Virus record (IMG/VR): IMGVR_UViG_3300045988_183453
Source of the DNA: a virus
Direction: 5' to 3' (one strand)
Length of the DNA: 64,000 bases
The notes under the pieces are model-generated. The model ran no database searches and was not told where the DNA came from. It saw only the letters and a program-made list of their open reading frames with translations. The position numbers were made by a program, and so were the translations under genes. Positions within the stretch are counted from its first letter, which is position 1; the number at the start of each line of letters is the position of its first letter. Shown here in pieces: positions 63,430-64,000 of the stretch.

Positions 63430-64000
63430 ATGCGTCTGGTTGTTAAAACTTACAAGTATAAGCTGTACAACAGTAAAAAGAACAGATACCTGGTGCGCCA
63501 GATTGAACTTGCCTCCGAGATTTGGAATTTTTGCATTGCTATGCGGCGTATGTACTATTTGGTCTATGGCAAAACGCTTAAAGCCAATGATTTGAAAAAG
63601 TACATTGCTAAAATCTGCAAGCGCCGCAAGTGGGCACATTGGCATAATCTCGGCAGCCAGGCGATTCAGGATGTGGTGGAACGGGTTGACCGTGCCTATA
63701 AAGCCTATTTCGATAATAAGAAAAAGGAGCATCCAAAAAAGAAGTCCCTACCAAAATTCAAGAAGCGTGAACTGTACAAAAGTTTTACACTCAAGCAAGC
63801 AGGCTACAAGTTTGAAGGAAAAGGCCGCATTACCATCAATGGCAAAAGGTATCGGTATTTTGATTCTCGGCCATTGAAAGGTAAAGTGAAAACCTTAACC
63901 GTCAAGCGCGACAATTTGGGCGACATCTATATTTTTGCCGTCACGCAGGAAGAATACAATGAAGTCCTTCCACGAGCAGGTAAAGCTGTCGGGATGGATT
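63430..64000 (+). CDS. tnpB: TnpB (IS200/IS605 OrfB family RNA-guided nuclease-like protein), N-terminal 190 aa, truncated by the window end
   Basis: MRLVVKTYKYKLYNSKKNRYLVRQIELASEIWNFCI… matches the OrfB_IS605 N-terminal pattern (yKfrlyP.k.q…r.vyN). Also …KFKKRELYKSFTLKQ…GKVKTLTVKRDNLGDIYIFAV. The frame stays open to the window end and is not in the ORF track for that reason. Confidence 0.75.
   Translation, partial: MRLVVKTYKYKLYNSKKNRYLVRQIELASEIWNFCIAMRRMYYLVYGKTLKANDLKKYIAKICKRRKWAHWHNLGSQAIQDVVERVDRAYKAYFDNKKKEHPKKKSLPKFKKRELYKSFTLKQAGYKFEGKGRITINGKRYRYFDSRPLKGKVKTLTVKRDNLGDIYIFAVTQEEYNEVLPRAGKAVGMD

Noticed and set aside
1-64000. CRISPR arrays, tRNA and rRNA genes, and group I/II introns.
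   Set aside because: No regularly spaced repeat-spacer arrays and no rRNA-like segments were seen. The structured elements lack the intron signatures I could test for (domain V-like hairpin, P7 core).

Overview
This 64 kb window looks like part of a large conjugative plasmid or integrative element from a Gram-positive (Firmicutes/Clostridia-like) bacterium. GC content is about 50%, and the lipoprotein lipoboxes are of the LAAC/LAGC type. Most genes are on the + strand. The first 27 kb carries a type IV secretion core: a TraG/VirD4-type coupling protein and a VirB4-family ATPase with a small membrane partner. It also carries a secreted thioredoxin-like protein, several lipoproteins, a PPP-family phosphoesterase, a NYN-nuclease protein, a Y-family DNA polymerase, and a DUF1273/SLOG protein. 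The second half (30-64 kb) is a dense accessory region. It encodes a flotillin followed by a vWA protein, a PLD-like domain fused to an SF3 helicase (a candidate replication initiator), and a NADAR protein and a macro-domain protein that are both ADP-ribose processing enzymes. Further on it encodes a Pol-beta nucleotidyltransferase, a UvrD-like helicase, a DGQHR (ParB/Srx fold) protein, a secreted MBL-fold hydrolase, an ATP-grasp-like protein, and three consecutive proteins made only of tandem HTH repeats. These are followed by an AAA+ ATPase, a PD-(D/E)xK-fold protein, and a TnpB (IS605 OrfB family) ORF cut off by the window edge. The most striking non-coding signal is a roughly 19-nt motif, consensus TGTGCGAATTGCrTACAAT, placed in the spacer and -10 region of sigma70-like promoters. 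It occurs at least 16 times, upstream of nearly every transcription unit from 30 kb to the TnpB start, with two outliers at 12.9 and 24.3 kb. About half of these promoters are followed by an intrinsic terminator inside the 5' leader, or by a short terminated RNA. This points to an element-wide, probably antitermination-based, regulon. There are two copies of a conserved, strongly structured 75-nt RNA-like module, and several iteron-like repeat arrays. I did not recognise a relaxase, recombinase, CRISPR array, tRNA or rRNA.
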